Assembly: GCF_004010195.1 (NCBI RefSeq)
Contig: NC_057717.1
Coordinates: forward strand, 102,917,676 to 102,981,675
Direction: 5' to 3'
From: Chiloscyllium plagiosum
Taxonomy: Eukaryota
Length of the DNA stretch: 64,000 bases
Shown here: positions 25,455-38,741 of the stretch, in pieces
Position numbering within the stretch: position 1 is the first letter of the stretch
Layout: the number at the start of each line of letters is the position of its first letter
Made by a program: the position numbers and the translations under genes
Notes under the pieces: model-generated
Databases searched by the model: none
The model's input: the letters and a program-made list of their open reading frames with translations, nothing else
Told to the model about the DNA's origin: nothing

Positions 25455-25715
25455 ATTGGCAATCACTTGCTGACAAGTATGATCGTCCACCTCGGAAAAT
25501 CAGTGTTCACCGGTCATTGTTTATGTGGCTTCCTGTGAGGCTGATGAGTCTGATCCTGGCTCCAATCACACATTTGGTAGGTGGGATGTGGTCCTTGGCT
25601 TTGAGATCGCTGACGATCCTTTCTCCCATTCCTTTTGTGTACTTCCTCTTGCCAGTGGGTGTTCTCAAAGAATTGTGTCCCTTGATTAAGAAGATCCTCC
25701 AGGTCAGTTTCTCCT
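25455..25715 (-). mobile_element. RTE/BovB-like LINE 3' fragment
   Basis: QGTQFFENTHWQEEVHKRNGRKDR followed by a decayed Zn-finger-like end, resembling the RTE ORF C-terminus. Confidence 0.55.
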
Positions 25716-26572
25716 GAATGAGGTGGCCCGTGCATTGAGATCTAGCATTCAGTTTGGCTCTTCAACAAACCCTATTGAGTGACATTTCATGGCAACCTGA
25801 AAGGACAGATCTCACTTTGCTTTAATGTCTCTCCTGAAAGATGGTACCTCCAGCCATACAGAGCTGCTCACTCCACATCAAGCTTCCACCTGGAATTTGT
25901 CCCTCTAGACTGGGACTCAAGCCTACAGATGAAGAGGTGAGAGCTCTAAACATGAAGACAAAGCAAAAGGCCTGGAACAGAATGAATGAGAAGAGTGAGT
26001 TAATATGATACAACAAGAATTAGTGATGCATAGTGACTTGAAAATTCAAATTCCATTCCATTTAAGGTGAATATTTTAACCAGTCTTTTGGGAAGTCTGT
26101 GACTGCATGAATTATTCTACGGATGCCCTAAACCAGTCACCTCTATCGCTTCATAGAATAATGATGAAATCTCCAGCACAGCACAAGGGAAGATGATTGA
26201 AAAATTCATCGAGGCCTGTCAAAGGGGTGTCATTGATGTGTTCATGAATCTGGCTGTGTTATCATGCTGGACAATGACAGTGATATGACAAGACAATGTG
26301 CAGGAAATTGATTCATAGAACTTTCCTTCAACTGATGCTTCCGACAACCTTGTCTCTTTCACGGGGGTCTGTGACTCTCAGGAACTCAGTGTGAAATTGA
26401 TGCGTGAACCAATTATACATGGCAACAACAGGACCAGAGTGCAATTACTGGCTGCTACATCCTGTGAAGTTAACTGGCCACATGGTTGGACATCTGACAG
26501 CAAGCTGCCTCCCTCAATGAACTCTCACCATTCTGACATTTGATATGGCCTGAAATTACTGCACAAACTGAT

Positions 26573-26604
<32 letters not shown>

Positions 26605-26776
26605 TCTCTCTCCACTCTGCCTGACTCTCTCACTGTCTCTCTGTACCTAACACGTTTTTCCATGTGAGAGAAAGTACAGCAAGCTCATCCTCAGCAGGAA
26701 GAAGAGGCAAACTGAACGGAATATGGACTGACATTCGCATCCATTTGAGGCCTTCAGAGTGCACAGAACTCTGTCA

Positions 26777-27495
26777 GTCATAGAGATGTACAGCACGGAA
26801 ACAGACCCTTCAATCCAACTTGTCCATGCCGACCAGATATCCGAAATTAATGTGGTCCCATTGCCGAAATTAATGTGGTCCCATCGCCTGCATTTGGCCC
26901 ATATCCCTCCAAACCCTTCCTATACATATACCCATCCAGATGCCTTTTAAATGCTGTAATTGTACCAGCCTCCACCACTTCCTCTGGCAGCTGATTCCAT
27001 GTACACTCAACCCTCTGTGTGAAAAAGTTGCCCCTTAGGTCTCTTTTAAATCTTTCCCCTCTTACCCTATACCTATGCCCTCTAGTTCTAGACTCCCCCA
27101 CCCTGGGAAAAAGACCTTGTCTATTAACCCTATCCATGCCCCTCATGATTTTATAAACCTCTATAAGGTCACCCTTCAGTCTCTGATGCTCCAGGGAAAA
27201 CAGCCCCAGCCTATTCAGCCTCTCCTTATAGCTCAAACTTTCCAACCCTGGCAACATCCTTGTAAATCTTTTCTGAACCCTTTCAAGTTTCACAATGTCC
27301 TTCCTGGAGCAGAGACACCAGAATTGAACGGGGTGTTCCAGAAGTAACCTAACCAATGTCCTGTACAGCCAGAACATGATCTCCCAACTCCTGTACCCAA
27401 TGCACTGCCTGATAAAGGCAAGTGTACCAAATGCATTCTTCACTATCGTGTCGACTTGCAGCTCCACTTTTAAGGAGCTATGAACCTGCACTCCA
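26777..27495 (-). mobile_element. CR1 (HER1-like) LINE, 5'-truncated
   Basis: ORF 26847..27491 LYRTLVR..LERVQKRFTRM..YKERL..GDLIEVYKIM..NFFTQRV..FKRHLDGYM; ctctatgact tail; local 21-bp tandem duplication at about 26841-26885. Confidence 0.95.
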
Positions 27496-27874
27496 AGCCC
27501 ACAATTTTTGTCCTTGCGCTCAGAATTTACAGGGAAGTCTGTTAAAATGTGTTACCAACTGGATTTCATTCAGAAAAGACTGCACAAAACCTCTAAGTCA
27601 CAAAATTGTACCCTGAAGTCCCCAACGATTAGATCCCCCCAGTTCCCATCTCCACTACCAATGCTTTGAAGTGCAGATGACAATTCATCGCAGTGCTGAG
27701 GGGCTGCTTCACTCTGAGGAGGGTATCGGCCATCAGGTTGGAGATCAATGCAAGGACCTGTCTGCACGTTCATCTGGAAGCTAAAGAACCCATGTCGTTA
27801 CCTGAACAGCAACAGGCCAGCTGACATGTACCTAGCAGGACCACACAAAGAGATACCTGACAAAAGATCTGATG

Positions 27875-28230
27875 ACCTAGGAGCAGGAGCAGGCCCCAGA
27901 GCCTGATCGACCGCTTAGTACCATCACGGCTGATCTCAACTCAACCTCAATTCCACTTTCCTTTTCAATCCCCATTCAGCCCATTATTAATTAAATGTCT
28001 GTCCATCTCTCCCCCGTATTGACTCAATGTCCCAGTATCCACCCCGCTCCAGTCAATTCCACAAGTGTACTGCCCTTTGAGAGAAGTGATCTTCCCTCAC
28101 TTCTGTTTTAAATCTGCGCCCCCATCCTAAAGATATGACCTCTCATTCCAAATTGCCCTACATGAGGGAGCATCTGCTCTACATCGACTTTATCGATGTA
28201 TCGATCTAACCTTTTGTGTCTTGTCTACCT
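27875..28230 (-). mobile_element. Older CR1 3' fragment
   Basis: taggagcaggagcaggcc..aattccacaag..gagaagtgatcttccctcacttctgttttaaat. Confidence 0.65.
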
Positions 28231-28454
28231 CAATAGAATCATCGAATTTTGCAGTACGGAAGGAGGCCATTCCACCCATCGTATCTATACCAGCTCCCAA
28301 TAGGGCTACCTAGTTAGCTCCACTCCCAGCCCTATCTGTGTAGTCCATTAACAGGTGCAGCAACCTTTTATACAATGAGTTTTTCTAACCTTTTTTTAAT
28401 TGTAACTTCCTGTGGTTCCTCATGTTCACCAGTCACCCCATTCCTTAGTATTTA

Positions 28455-28662
28455 TAGAGTCATAGAGAGGTACAGCATGGAAACAGACCCTTCAGTCCAA
28501 CCCGTCCGTGCCGACTAGATATCCCAACCCAATCTAGTCCCACTTGCCAGCACCTGGTCCATATCCCAACAAACCCTTCCTATTCATATACCCATCCAAA
28601 TGCCTCTTAAATGTTGCAATTGTACCAGCCTCCACCACTTCCTCTGGCAGCTTATTCCATTC
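28455..28662 (-). mobile_element. CR1 (HER1-like) 3' end
   Basis: atagagtcatagagaggtacagcatggaaacagacccttc tail in reverse. Confidence 0.9.
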
Positions 28663-29684
28663 TCTGTGCCTGCCTTCTTGTGTGGAGACAGACCCAATGT
28701 GTTCACCTCACTTAGCAGGAATGGCCTCGTGAATACATCAGAGGACAACACTGGTGGATGTTGAATATGTCACCCACTCTTGACCGGTAAGTTCTAGAAT
28801 CAGAACCGTTCACTTCGTGACAGCTGACTGCACAGCCTTCTCCCTGAGGCTACAGGTTATACTGAAGGAAGTCACTCAGCTCGGTGAACACATCATTTTT
28901 GAGTCACACTGGCCTCACGTTTTGCACATAGCCCAGGTACAGCGTTGGAACAAAGTTCCTGGGAATCACAGGGAGGATAATGCAGTGCGCTCCCCCTCCC
29001 CCTTTTCTGTGTATCTCTTCCAAACTCTAGAGCATAATGGCTGAAACTGCTCAATCTCTCATCACGAGTCAAACCCTTCATCTCTGGAATCAATCCAGTG
29101 AACCCCTCCACCTCTGATCTGCCTCCGATTCAACTACAACCTTCCTCAAGTCAGGGGACTAAAATTGTACTTGGTCCCTTTGCAGTAGGAGGTGGTTAAG
29201 AAATCTTGGCTCCTTACATCAATTTGCATCTACATAGCGCCATTAACGTGGTCCCAAGGACAAAGCAGCCATCTTGACTGGCACGCCACCTTAGAGCTTC
29301 AGTACTCACCCCTTTCACCAACTGCACGGTGGCTGCAGTGTGTACCACCTACAAGATGCAGTGTAACAATTTACTAAGGCTGTTTTAACAACATCTTTCA
29401 ACCCATGGCCTCTAATCCTTAGAAGTATAAGGGCAGCAGATGCATGTGTACACAGCAACCTGCAAGTTCCCATCCCAGCCAATCACCATCCTGACTTGGA
29501 AATTTATCACTCTTCCTTTGGTGTCACTGGGTCAAAATTCTGGAAATCTCCCCTGACAATTCAAGTGGGGAACTTTCCATTAGCCTCTCCAGAGGTTGTC
29601 CCAAGGCACATCACAGAAGCAACAATTAACAAGCGTTAGCAGCAAGAGAGGTGGAGAGTGAATAGCCTGGGTGAGAACAAGCTT

Positions 29685-29806
29685 GAGTTATCTACACTTG
29701 AAACCTTAGCCTCCTCTCTTTCCATGGACGCTGCCTGATCCACTCTGATCTCCAGCATTCTTTGTTCTCTGTGTAGATTCCAGCGCCTGCTGTGGTTTGC
29801 TCCTAC
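29685..29806 (+). mobile_element. Family D short element (degenerate)
   Basis: gagttatctacacttgaaaccttagc..tttccatggacgctgcctgatcc..tttgctccta, reverse-complement match to 21031-21138. Confidence 0.65.
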
Positions 29807-30189
29807 CCTGATCCATCAAGGATGTTGTAAGGAATGAAATAACTGAAGGCAGAGGTGGAGAGATTTGCAGAGCTTGGTGCATGCCTTCTGTGTTCGAGAT
29901 GCCAGTATCGGAGTCACGGAAAGCACACACCAGTGAGGAGAGAACGGGGTGGTGCACAGCTCCCGGAGAGGGGAAGGTCTGGGTTGGGATCACAGCGATC
30001 CGAGAACCCAACCCACTCCCCCTCCATTCGTTGACTCCACGTGAGAAGGCAAAAGGGGCTTAGCTCTGCTGTCTCATCCATCACTGTGTCCCCTGTTTAT
30101 TTAGGAGTCCCAGAGAGATGGGGCTTCTCGTTGGCGCCCTGGAGTCTTAAAAGATTAAGGTGCATTATCTGGGCTGCATAACCAGGAAT

Positions 30190-30645
30190 ACTTACACTAC
30201 AGAAAGCATTCTATGCGGGTGGATAACAGCCTGGTACTGCAACTGCTTTGCCCAGGATTGTAAGAAACTACAGAGGGTGGTCTGCACAGCCCAGACCCAT
30301 AGAAGCCAACTTTCCATCCGCGGACTCCACTTACACCTCTCGCTGCCGCAGAGAAATTGCCAACATCATCAAAGACCCCTCCCACCCCAGTGATGCTCTC
30401 TTACATCCTCCTGCATCAGGTAGGGCATTCACATTCACCAACAGGTTCAAGGACAGCTTCTTCCACACTGTTATTGGACTGCTGAATGGACCTCTCTAAC
30501 TTCAAATAGTGTTGATCTTGCTTTGCAGTGTAATCTGTATGCCTCACTCTGTCTAAGCACCCGAAGGTCTATATGTCTTTGTTTGTTGTGATCTGCCTGT
30601 ACCGCTCACAAAATAAACAAATCTTTTCACTGTACTCAGGTACCA
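30190..30645 (+). mobile_element. Rex1/Babar-like LINE 3' fragment
   Basis: TESILCGWITAWYCNCFAQDCKKLQRVV..NIIKDPSHP..TNRFKDSFF..VIGLLN. Confidence 0.85.
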
Positions 30646-31299
30646 GACACTCCCAAAACAGTTCAAGAAAGTAGCCCAGACCCTAACTTTGCTGGGGCAG
30701 GTATAAAGTGGATATTCCAGGAGGGATGCAGCTAGCCCAACCACTTAGTTTTAAACAAAACAGAACTTATTTGCAAGATCACCAAATGAAACACAAATAA
30801 AAGAGGACAGACCTACAGGATAACTCCAAAAACCCAACAGCCTATCCCAACTTAATTATGCTGTTCCAAATACTTGCAACAATTGCCATAAACACCTCTT
30901 TGCAATAAATGGTAAAATCAAACACAGGGTCGGACAGGAGAGATGTCAGAGAGATGGCACAAAGATTCAGCATGAACACCTTCTTCCATGTAGCTGTTTC
31001 TTGGGCCAGCAGCCTCAAACTGACTGCCTGCTTTCAGTGAACAGCCAGACTGCTAAAACCAAACTAGAGTAAGCTGAACTGGGAGAACGGGCCACTCTCC
31101 TTTCAGTGTACAAGTGTTTTTTTTAAACTTGAAAGCATTCTCAAGTAGTTAAATGCAGACTTTTTGGAATCGCTGCTTTTACCACTTCTCTGACCACCAG
31201 CAAAGAAAAAATTGCCCAGCTGTGTCCTGCACGTGTACAGCATGGTAAATCTGACCCGACCAGTTAACGCCTCATCGATCCACTCTATTCAGTGCCATT

Positions 31300-32235
31300 T
31301 GTGACTCCTCCCATACTGAAGCAGTTTGTGTCCATATGCAACGGAGTATTTCATGTTGTGGTTGTGAAGTACCAAGGAATGGCCATCTCTGATAAACGAG
31401 AATCTAACCGCTGCCTCTTAACTTTGAATGGAGACAAAAAAAAACTACAGATGCTGGAATCCAAGGTCGAGAAACAGGAGGCTGGAAGAAGGGCTACACC
31501 TGAAACATTGACTTCTCCAGCTCTTGATGCTGCCTGGCTTGCTGTGTTCTTCCAGCCTCCTGCTTGTCTATCTTAACTTTGAATGGCATTACCACCACTG
31601 AGTCCACAATGAGCAATATCCCAGGTGTTACCATGGAGGAGAAACTGAACTGGACCAACAACATACATACTGTGGCTGTAAGAGAAGTTGAGAGATGTCT
31701 GCAGCAAGTCTGTCACCTCTTGACTTCTTAAGACCTATCCACCATCTACAAGGCATCAAGTCAGGAATGAAATGGGATATTCCCACTTTGTAGCTCCAAC
31801 AGCACTCAAAGCGCTTGACACCATCCAGGACAAAGCAGCCTCTTGACTGGCATGCCATCTTAGAGCATCAGCACTCACCCCTTCCACCAACTGCATGGTG
31901 GCTGCAGTGTGTACCACCTACAAGATGCAGTACAACAACTTTTTGAGGCTGTTTTAACGACATCTTTCAACCTGTGACCTCTAATCCCTAGGAAAGTACA
32001 AGGGCAGCAGATACATGGGTACATAGCTACCTGCAAGTTCCCGCCCAAGCCTATCATCATCCTGACGTGGAAATATATCGCTATTCCTTCAGTGTCACTG
32101 GGTCAAAATTCTGCAATTCCCTCCCTACAATTCAAGTAGGGAACTTTCCATTAACTCCTCCAGCACAATTAAGGATGGGTAATAAATATTGGCACAGCCA
32201 ACAACACCCTCATCCTATGAATGATTATGAGAAAA
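31300..32235 (+). mobile_element. CR1/L2-like LINE 3' fragment (second family) carrying a family B insert
   Basis: cttgacaccatccaggacaaagcagcc; tail gatgggtaataaatattggcacagcc. Confidence 0.75.
31432..31570. mobile_element. Family B fold-back short element
   Basis: caggaggctggaagaa / ttcttccagcctcctg inverted arms; perfect 16-bp TSD tcttaactttgaatgg at 31416-31431 and 31571-31586. Confidence 0.88.
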
Positions 32236-32879
32236 ATGTCTTATAGTGCATCAAGTGAGAATTTGAATTGTTGCTTACATCTTTCCTGAACCACCGTTTA
32301 CTGCCTGTCTTCTGATGGGTTAATTCATTTCAGACTGAAATTGTTCTTGGAGCAGAACTTTGTATTGTCAAATCCAGTTAGGAACTTCCTCGCTACCTTT
32401 CCACTTCTGCTTACTCAGCAGTTTTGAAAAACACAGCTATATCCTCTGTGTAGAGGATGTGAGATGTTCCGTTTTTTGTTTAATTCTCCAGCCAAGTCAC
32501 TTTAACCTTAACAGCTAGGTATCCAACCATGATTGCAATTCATGTGATACATCTCTTGGCTGATCGTTGCTTAATTATAAGTAGACCTGTGTTTAGGAGG
32601 TGAGAACTGGTCTTTATCCAGCACAGTCATGACTTAAGGGCATCTCAAAACATTGTGCACTCAATTAAATAGAGTCAGTTTTGCAATGTTGAAAACGCAG
32701 CAACTACTCTGTGCCCAGCTGGGCCCCCAAAAGCAGTAATGTGATCATGACCAGGTAATTTGTAACCTTAGATGAGGAACAAGAGAACTTGTTCTCTTTC
32801 AAGTCCGCTACACAGAGGTGATGTGCTCCTGGTTTACAGGCATATCAAAGTTCAGCTCCCTGTGTGGAATTGGGACTGA

Positions 32880-33152
32880 GTCATAGAATGGAAGCAGGCC
32901 CTTTGGTCCGAAGTGTCTAAACCAACTCTCCAAAGAGCATCCCACCCAGACCCATACCTCTTACCCTAAACACTATGGGCAATTTAGCACAGCCAATCCA
33001 CCGTAACCTGCACATCTTTGGACTGTGGGAGGAAGCCCACACAGATACAGGGAGAATGTACAAACTCAACACTGGCAGTTGCCCAAGGGTGGAATCGAAC
33101 CTGGGTCCTTGGTGCTGTGAAGTAACAGTGCTAACCCACTGAGCCACCGTGC
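32880..33152 (-). mobile_element. HE1 SINE
   Basis: Reverse copy with internal deletions. Confidence 0.88.
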
Positions 33153-33606
33153 TGACTGGAGATGGTCAGTTTGGATTTTGGGCGGGGCTCTCTGGAGAGG
33201 GATCTGAACCCAGAGGTGAGAGAGTGTCGCTAAGCAAGCTCTCGTCACTGTGGAGACTGATGGACCTGTTTTGGGAATTGCCAGGTCCATTTCATTTGGA
33301 GCATTACAAAGGGGTGAAGACCTATCTCATAAATCTCATTAAGAAATGGGTGGAAGTATAAACTAAGTAAGACCGGTGATAACCACTGGTTGCTAATATC
33401 ACTAACTTAACATAATTGGTCATGTTTCTTCATTTGAGAGGGATGCAGCGAATCAATTGTTAGATTCTCTGTCTGATGATGGGTCAGCTTCTCATTCCAA
33501 GATTCAAAACATGACTGGGTATGACAACAGTGAACAAAGAGAGATAGGGTTCTCTTTACTCTTAATCAATCTACAATCCTGTCTTGTTATCTGTTCATAC
33601 AATACA

Positions 33607-33922
33607 GGTGGGTGGTACAATGGCTCAGTGGTTAGCACTGCTGCCTCACAGTACCAGGGTCCCAGGTTCGATTCCGGCCTCGGGTGACTGTCTGTGTGAG
33701 TTTGCACATTCTCCCCGTATCTGCGTGGGTTTCCTCTGGGTGCTTCGGTTTCCTCCCACAATCCAAAGATGTGCAAGTCAGATGAATTGGCCATGCTAAA
33801 TTGCCCATTGTGTTAGGTGCATTAGTCAAAGGGGAATGGGTCTGAGTGGGTTACTCTTCGGAGGGTCGGTGTGGGCTGGTTGGGCAGAAGGGCCTGTTTC
33901 CACACTGTAGGGAATCTAATCT
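33607..33922 (+). mobile_element. HE1 SINE with (ATCTA)n tail
   Basis: A box tggctcagtgg, B box ggttcgattcc, tail gggaatctaatct. Confidence 0.93.
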
Positions 33923-34211
33923 GAGGTGTTATTAACTGGGCCAGCATTTATGGCTGAGCCCTAAATTCCCTGGAGGAGATAGTGGTGGGCTATCTCTTGA
34001 AGTCCTGTAGTCCTTGTAGTGTCAGTGGTCTCACAGTGCTGTTAGATAGGAAGTTTCAGGTTTTAGACCCAGTGACAGTGAAGGAATGGCGATACATTTC
34101 CAAGGCAGGATGGTGAGTGGCTTGGAGGGGAACCTGCAGGTGGTGGTGATCCCACATATCTGCTGCCCTTGTCCTTCTGGATAGAAGCGATCATCGATGT
34201 GGAAGGTGATA

Positions 34212-34538
34212 CAGGTACCCAATCCTTTATCCGAAATCTGAAAAACTCCGAAATCCGAACTTTGTTTGTGGAGTGTGGAGTGTCATTTTGGTGTGCGAAC
34301 AGGTGACCCAACTCCACACCCAGTCGAACCACATCATTCAGATGTGACGTGGCAGCGTGGCCCAGCACTGGCAGACATCAATTCTGTCTCGGGGCTTGTA
34401 CTATTCACATGTGCATCTGCTGTGAGGTAGTTTTCTTTAACTTCACTGTGAAAATGTCATTTATTCCGAAATCTGAAATGTTCCAAATTCCAAAAAACAA
34501 CTGGTCCTAAGGATTTCAGATAAACGATTGGGTATCTG
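34212..34538. mobile_element. Non-autonomous DNA transposon (MITE), Tc1/mariner-pogo (Tigger-like)
   Basis: 27-bp TIRs caggtacccaatcctttatccgaaatc / gatttcagataaacgattgggtatctg (24/27), flanked by TA on both sides; inserted in a LINE fragment. Confidence 0.88.
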
Positions 34539-34744
34539 TATCAAAGGAGACTTGCTGAGTTACCACAATGTATGTCAGTGGTTAAGGGAGCGAATGCTGA
34601 AAGTGATGGAATTGGTGCCAGTCACGTGGGCTGCTTTGTCCTGGATGGTGTCAAACTGCTTAAGTGTTGTTGGAGCTGCACTCAGTCAGGCAAGTGAAGA
34701 CTACTCCATTACGCTCTTGAATAATGTATTGCAGATGGTAGACA

Positions 34745-34858
34745 TCAGTTCTGAGGAAGGGTCACCGGACTCAAAAACATTACCTCTGCTTTCTCTTCAC
34801 AGATGCTTCCAGCTTTGCTCAGCTTTTCCAGCAACTTCTGTTTATGTTTCTGATTTAC
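34745..34858 (+). mobile_element. Family C short element
   Basis: agttCTGAGGAagggtcaccggactcaaaaacatt.. (hammerhead with G12 lost) then ctcttcacagatgc..ttccagcaacttctg. Confidence 0.75.
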
Positions 34859-35094
34859 TGTCTGAGTGAAGAAGTTATTCTCCATCTCAGTCCTAAATGA
34901 ACCCTAATTCCTAACTGCTTAGTTCAAAACTCTCCAGTCAGGAAAAGACAGCATCTCATTATCTGGGTCTAGCTCCTTAAGAATTGTATCAGTGGCAAAG
35001 TGATTGCCCCTCATCCTTCTGAACTGTAGGGAATATAGGCCTGGCCTACTCAATCTCTCCTTGGAGGATAAACTCTCATTCCATCAATCAGTCT

Positions 35095-35847
35095 TTGTTT
35101 TGATTTGTTTTGGTTTGATTTATTACACGTACCAAGATGCAGTGTTGTAACATATGCTATCCAAGCAAATCATACCTTCCATAAGTACATCAGGGTAGTA
35201 GAACTGACTGCAGAATATAGTGTTACAGCTACAGGGAATGTGCAGTGAAAGATCAAATCTAATATATGAGAGGTCTGTTCAAAACTCTGATGACAACAGG
35301 GAAGAAGCTGTTCTTGAATCTGTCAGTGCATATTTTCAAACTTTTGTATCTTTTGCTTGACAGGAGAGGTTGGGAGAGAGTATAACTGGAATGGGAAGAG
35401 TCTTTGATTATGTTGGTTGCTTTCTCAAGGCAGTGGGAAGTGGAGTTGGAGTCAATGCATGGGAGACTGGTTTGTGTGATGGACAAGGCTATGTTCACAA
35501 TTCTCTGTAGTTTCTTGTTGTCTTGGGAAGAGCAGTTTCAAACCAAACTGTGATGCATCCAGATAGGTTACTTTCTATGGTTCATCTATAAAAATTGGCA
35601 AGAGTCCTTGTGGAGATGCTAAATATCCTTAGCCTCCTGAGGAAGTAAAGGTGTTGGTGTGCTTTCTTGACTGTAGCACCAACATGGATGGACCAGGATG
35701 GGTTGTTGGTGATACTTACCCCAAGGAACATTGAAGCTCTCAACCATCTCCACCTCAGCATCACTGACACAGACAGGGGCAGCTCCTCCACTCCCCTTCC
35801 TGAAGTTGATGACCAGCTCCTTCATTTTGCTGACATTGAGGGAGAGA
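35095..35847 (-). mobile_element. Rex1/Babar-like LINE 3' fragment
   Basis: MKELVINFRK..EVEMVESF; FLGVSITNN.SWSIHV..VKKAHQHLYFLRRLR; NIIKDSSH..DRFKNSFFP. Confidence 0.88.
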
Positions 35848-36012
35848 GATTCTCTCTCAGTGTTGTTTATCCTTCCTTAGCTAAGGAATCCACAGAACTG
35901 TACACAGAACTCCAGGTGTGACCTCACCATGGCCCCGTATAATTGTAGGAAAGCTTCTTTATTCTTATATTCCATCCCTTTGCAATAATGACGAGTGTGC
36001 TATTAGCAACAT

Positions 36013-36329
36013 GTGTGGTACAGTGACTCAGTGGTTAACACTGCTGCCTCACAGGGACTGCGGTTCGGGCGACTGTCTGTGTGGAGTTTGCACATTCTCT
36101 GCATTTCTGCAGGTGCTCTGGTTTCCTCCCACAATCTAAAGGTGTGCAGGTTAGGTGGATTGACTCTGCTAAATTGCCTACAGCGTCCAGGGATGTGCAG
36201 GTTAGGTGGATTAGCTGTGGAAAATACGGGTAGAGAGTCGAGGGACACGTCTGAGTGGGATGCTCTTCAGAGAAGTGGTGTGGACTTGATGGGCTAAATG
36301 GCCTATTTACACACTATAGGGATTCTATG
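36013..36329 (+). mobile_element. HE1 SINE
   Basis: Head, V-domain and gggattctatg tail. Confidence 0.87.
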
Positions 36330-37236
36330 GTTAGCTTTCCTAATGGCTTGTTGCAGATTAAGAAAGATACCCACCTCATTTCTAACATGGCAGCTAGGAG
36401 TGGGCAACAGGGGTGCCAATGGGTATACAAGCCTTTGTGCCCACAGCATTCATACCTCAACCCATGCTCCTTATTGTCACCCAGTGGCAAATGTGTGTGT
36501 ACGGTCCCTCACGAGGACTGGGCTTTGCTGTGATGCCAAGTGCAGCTAAACAGCTCACCAACATTTTTGGTCAGTGTGGGCCACAAAGATAGGGCATTGG
36601 AAAGTCACTTGCAGTACTTGTGGAGCTGAATACCAGGAAGCAAAGAGGGGGAAAAGGATTCTCCCCACTCAGGCGTTTAAGAAAGCCCTCGATTTCCGAG
36701 CTGTAACAGGAAGGGGAACAATTTTCATTTTGCAATAGTGGCTTGACAAATCTTAAGATGAGAAAAGGAAGATAGTTGTTGGGGAAAGATTTTGTTGACT
36801 GGGAATAAGCTGCTAAATGCAATATAGCAGGCTCCTCCAAACTGACACAGTTCAATTCTTCGATTAGAAGCTTGTGAATATTGAATCAATTACACTGACA
36901 GTGATATGGTTTCCCCAGCAGTAAATACATACTTGTTTGTGGAAGGGCATTAATCATGTAATATCGAGAAGCTTATTCCAGTGCAGTCTTCTGACTTGGC
37001 TCATCTTCCTCCCCCACCTGCATGCGGTTGTACGGGACTCTGTCAACAGCTTAATAATCTCATTTATCAACTGACGATGAATAGTTAGGAGGAACCTGTA
37101 TTAATGTAGTGTCAACTGTGGCACACTTCGTAATTCAATTCCCACCGAATCAGAAGACTTGAGTTTGAATTCTTTCTGACGTTGTACAGGAACAAAAAAA
37201 TAATTTTTTCTTTCCAACGCAGTAGCTCCAGGTTCC

Positions 37237-38487
37237 TAAAAGAAAACAACGAATGCTGGAAATCAGAAACAAATGCAGAAATTGCAGGGGGAAAATACCT
37301 GGCAGGTCTGGCAGCACCTGTGGAGAGAAAGCAGAGTTAACGTTTAGGGTGCAGTTCTTCAGAACTGATTGTAGCTGGGGTAAGGTTGGTAGATATACTG
37401 TAGATAGGTAGGGGGGAGAAGTAAATGCTAGGTGGCGATGGAGCCCACAGAGGGAGAACAACAGTCAGGCAGACAACGGGGTGGGTAAAGGTCAGCCTGA
37501 GGGCATAGACGGCTGCTAATGGGGAGTGATAGAGGCTGACATTGGGATGGTTGTGATAGCAGCCCATGTGATGACAAGGCCTAGTGTGTCGGGTTGGGGT
37601 AAGGACATGGAAGGAGGTGCTCAGGTCCTCAAGTTATTGAACTCGATGTTGAGTCATAGAGTCACAGACAAGCAGGAGACTGGAAGAACACAGCAAGCCA
37701 GGCAGCATCAGGAGGTGGAGAAGTCAACATTTCCCTTCCTCAGGACCTGGGATGCTACCTGGTTTGCTGTGTTCTTCCAGCCTCCTGCTTCTGCAGGTTT
37801 TATTTTGTCTCTATAGAGTAATTGAGTCATACAGCACAGAAATAGACCCTTCGGTCCAACCAGTCCATGCCAAACATAATCCAAAACTAAACTTGCCCCA
37901 CCTGCCTGCTCCTGGCCCACATATCTCCAATCCTTTCCTGTTCATGTACTTATCCTTCAGGCTGCAGGGTTCCCAAGCGGAAAATGAGATGCACTTCGCT
38001 GGAACACGACAGCAAACCTGAGGCAGAGATGTTAGCCAGAGAATAGGGTGGTGTGATGAAATCAAGATTAGCGTGGTGCTGGAAAAGCACAGCAGGTCAG
38101 GCAGCATCCGAGGACCAGGAAAATCGACATTTCGGGCAGGAGCCATTCATCAGGAATGAGCTCATTCCTACACGAAATGTTAATTTTCCTGCTCCTCGGA
38201 TGCTGCCTGACCTGCTGTGCTTTTCCAGCACCACTCTAATCTTGATTCTGATCTCCAGCATCTGCAGTCCTCACTTTCACCTGGTGTGATGAAGTGGTAG
38301 GCAACTGGAAGCTCAGGGTCTTTTTTTTGTGGACGGAACACTTGGCATATAGACCAACCCTTTCCCTAGCAACAATTAGTTCCGAAGAAGGTTCGGTGGA
38401 CTCAAAACATTAACTCTGCTTTCTCTCCATGGATGCTGCCAGACCTGTTTAGGTTCTCCAGCAGTTTCTGGTTTTGTGTCCAGATCT
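37237..38487. mobile_element. Family C Penelope-like fragment with inverted pLTRs, containing nested family B (about 37665-37790), CR1 tail (about 37812-37950) and family A (38061-38281) insertions
   Basis: Minus-strand pLTR at about 37237-37366, plus-strand pLTR at about 38376-38487; body pieces resemble 9600-9850. Confidence 0.7.
38061..38281. mobile_element. Family A fold-back short element
   Basis: About 70-bp inverted arms; perfect 12-bp TSD tggtgtgatgaa at 38049-38060 and 38282-38293. Confidence 0.9.
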
Positions 38488-38741
38488 TCTTTCCCACTCA
38501 CTGGAATTTGTACGCTCTTACATCCTATAAACCTGTGGTGCTGTGTGATCTTTCACATCCACCAGAGAAGGGAAGACAGGGCCTCAGTGTAACATCATAT
38601 CTTAGAGATGGCACCTCCTCCAGTTCAGCCTTCCCTCAGTGTGAGGCATCCTTTTTCTGTCGCCTCTGAGCACCGTGCACTCCAACAACACTCCTGACGG
38701 TGAGCGAACATCCTAGACTGATACCCGAGTAGGATGCTGCA

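Noticed and set aside
26157..26290. Protein-like frame NNDEISSTAQGKMIEKFIEACQRG after an AG
   Set aside because: No donor before the stop, and not recognised.
27570..27773. Minus-strand ORF MNVQTGPC.. with a good acceptor upstream
   Set aside because: No convincing donor and no recognisable homology.
33607..33680. tRNA genes at the many A/B-box motifs
   Set aside because: They are SINE heads, always followed by the V-domain, with no complete cloverleaf.
38061..38281. Classifying the fold-back elements as MITEs
   Set aside because: Arms are asymmetric with variable breakpoints, TSDs are 12-16 bp, and the sequence is the terminus of an RT/GIY-YIG element.
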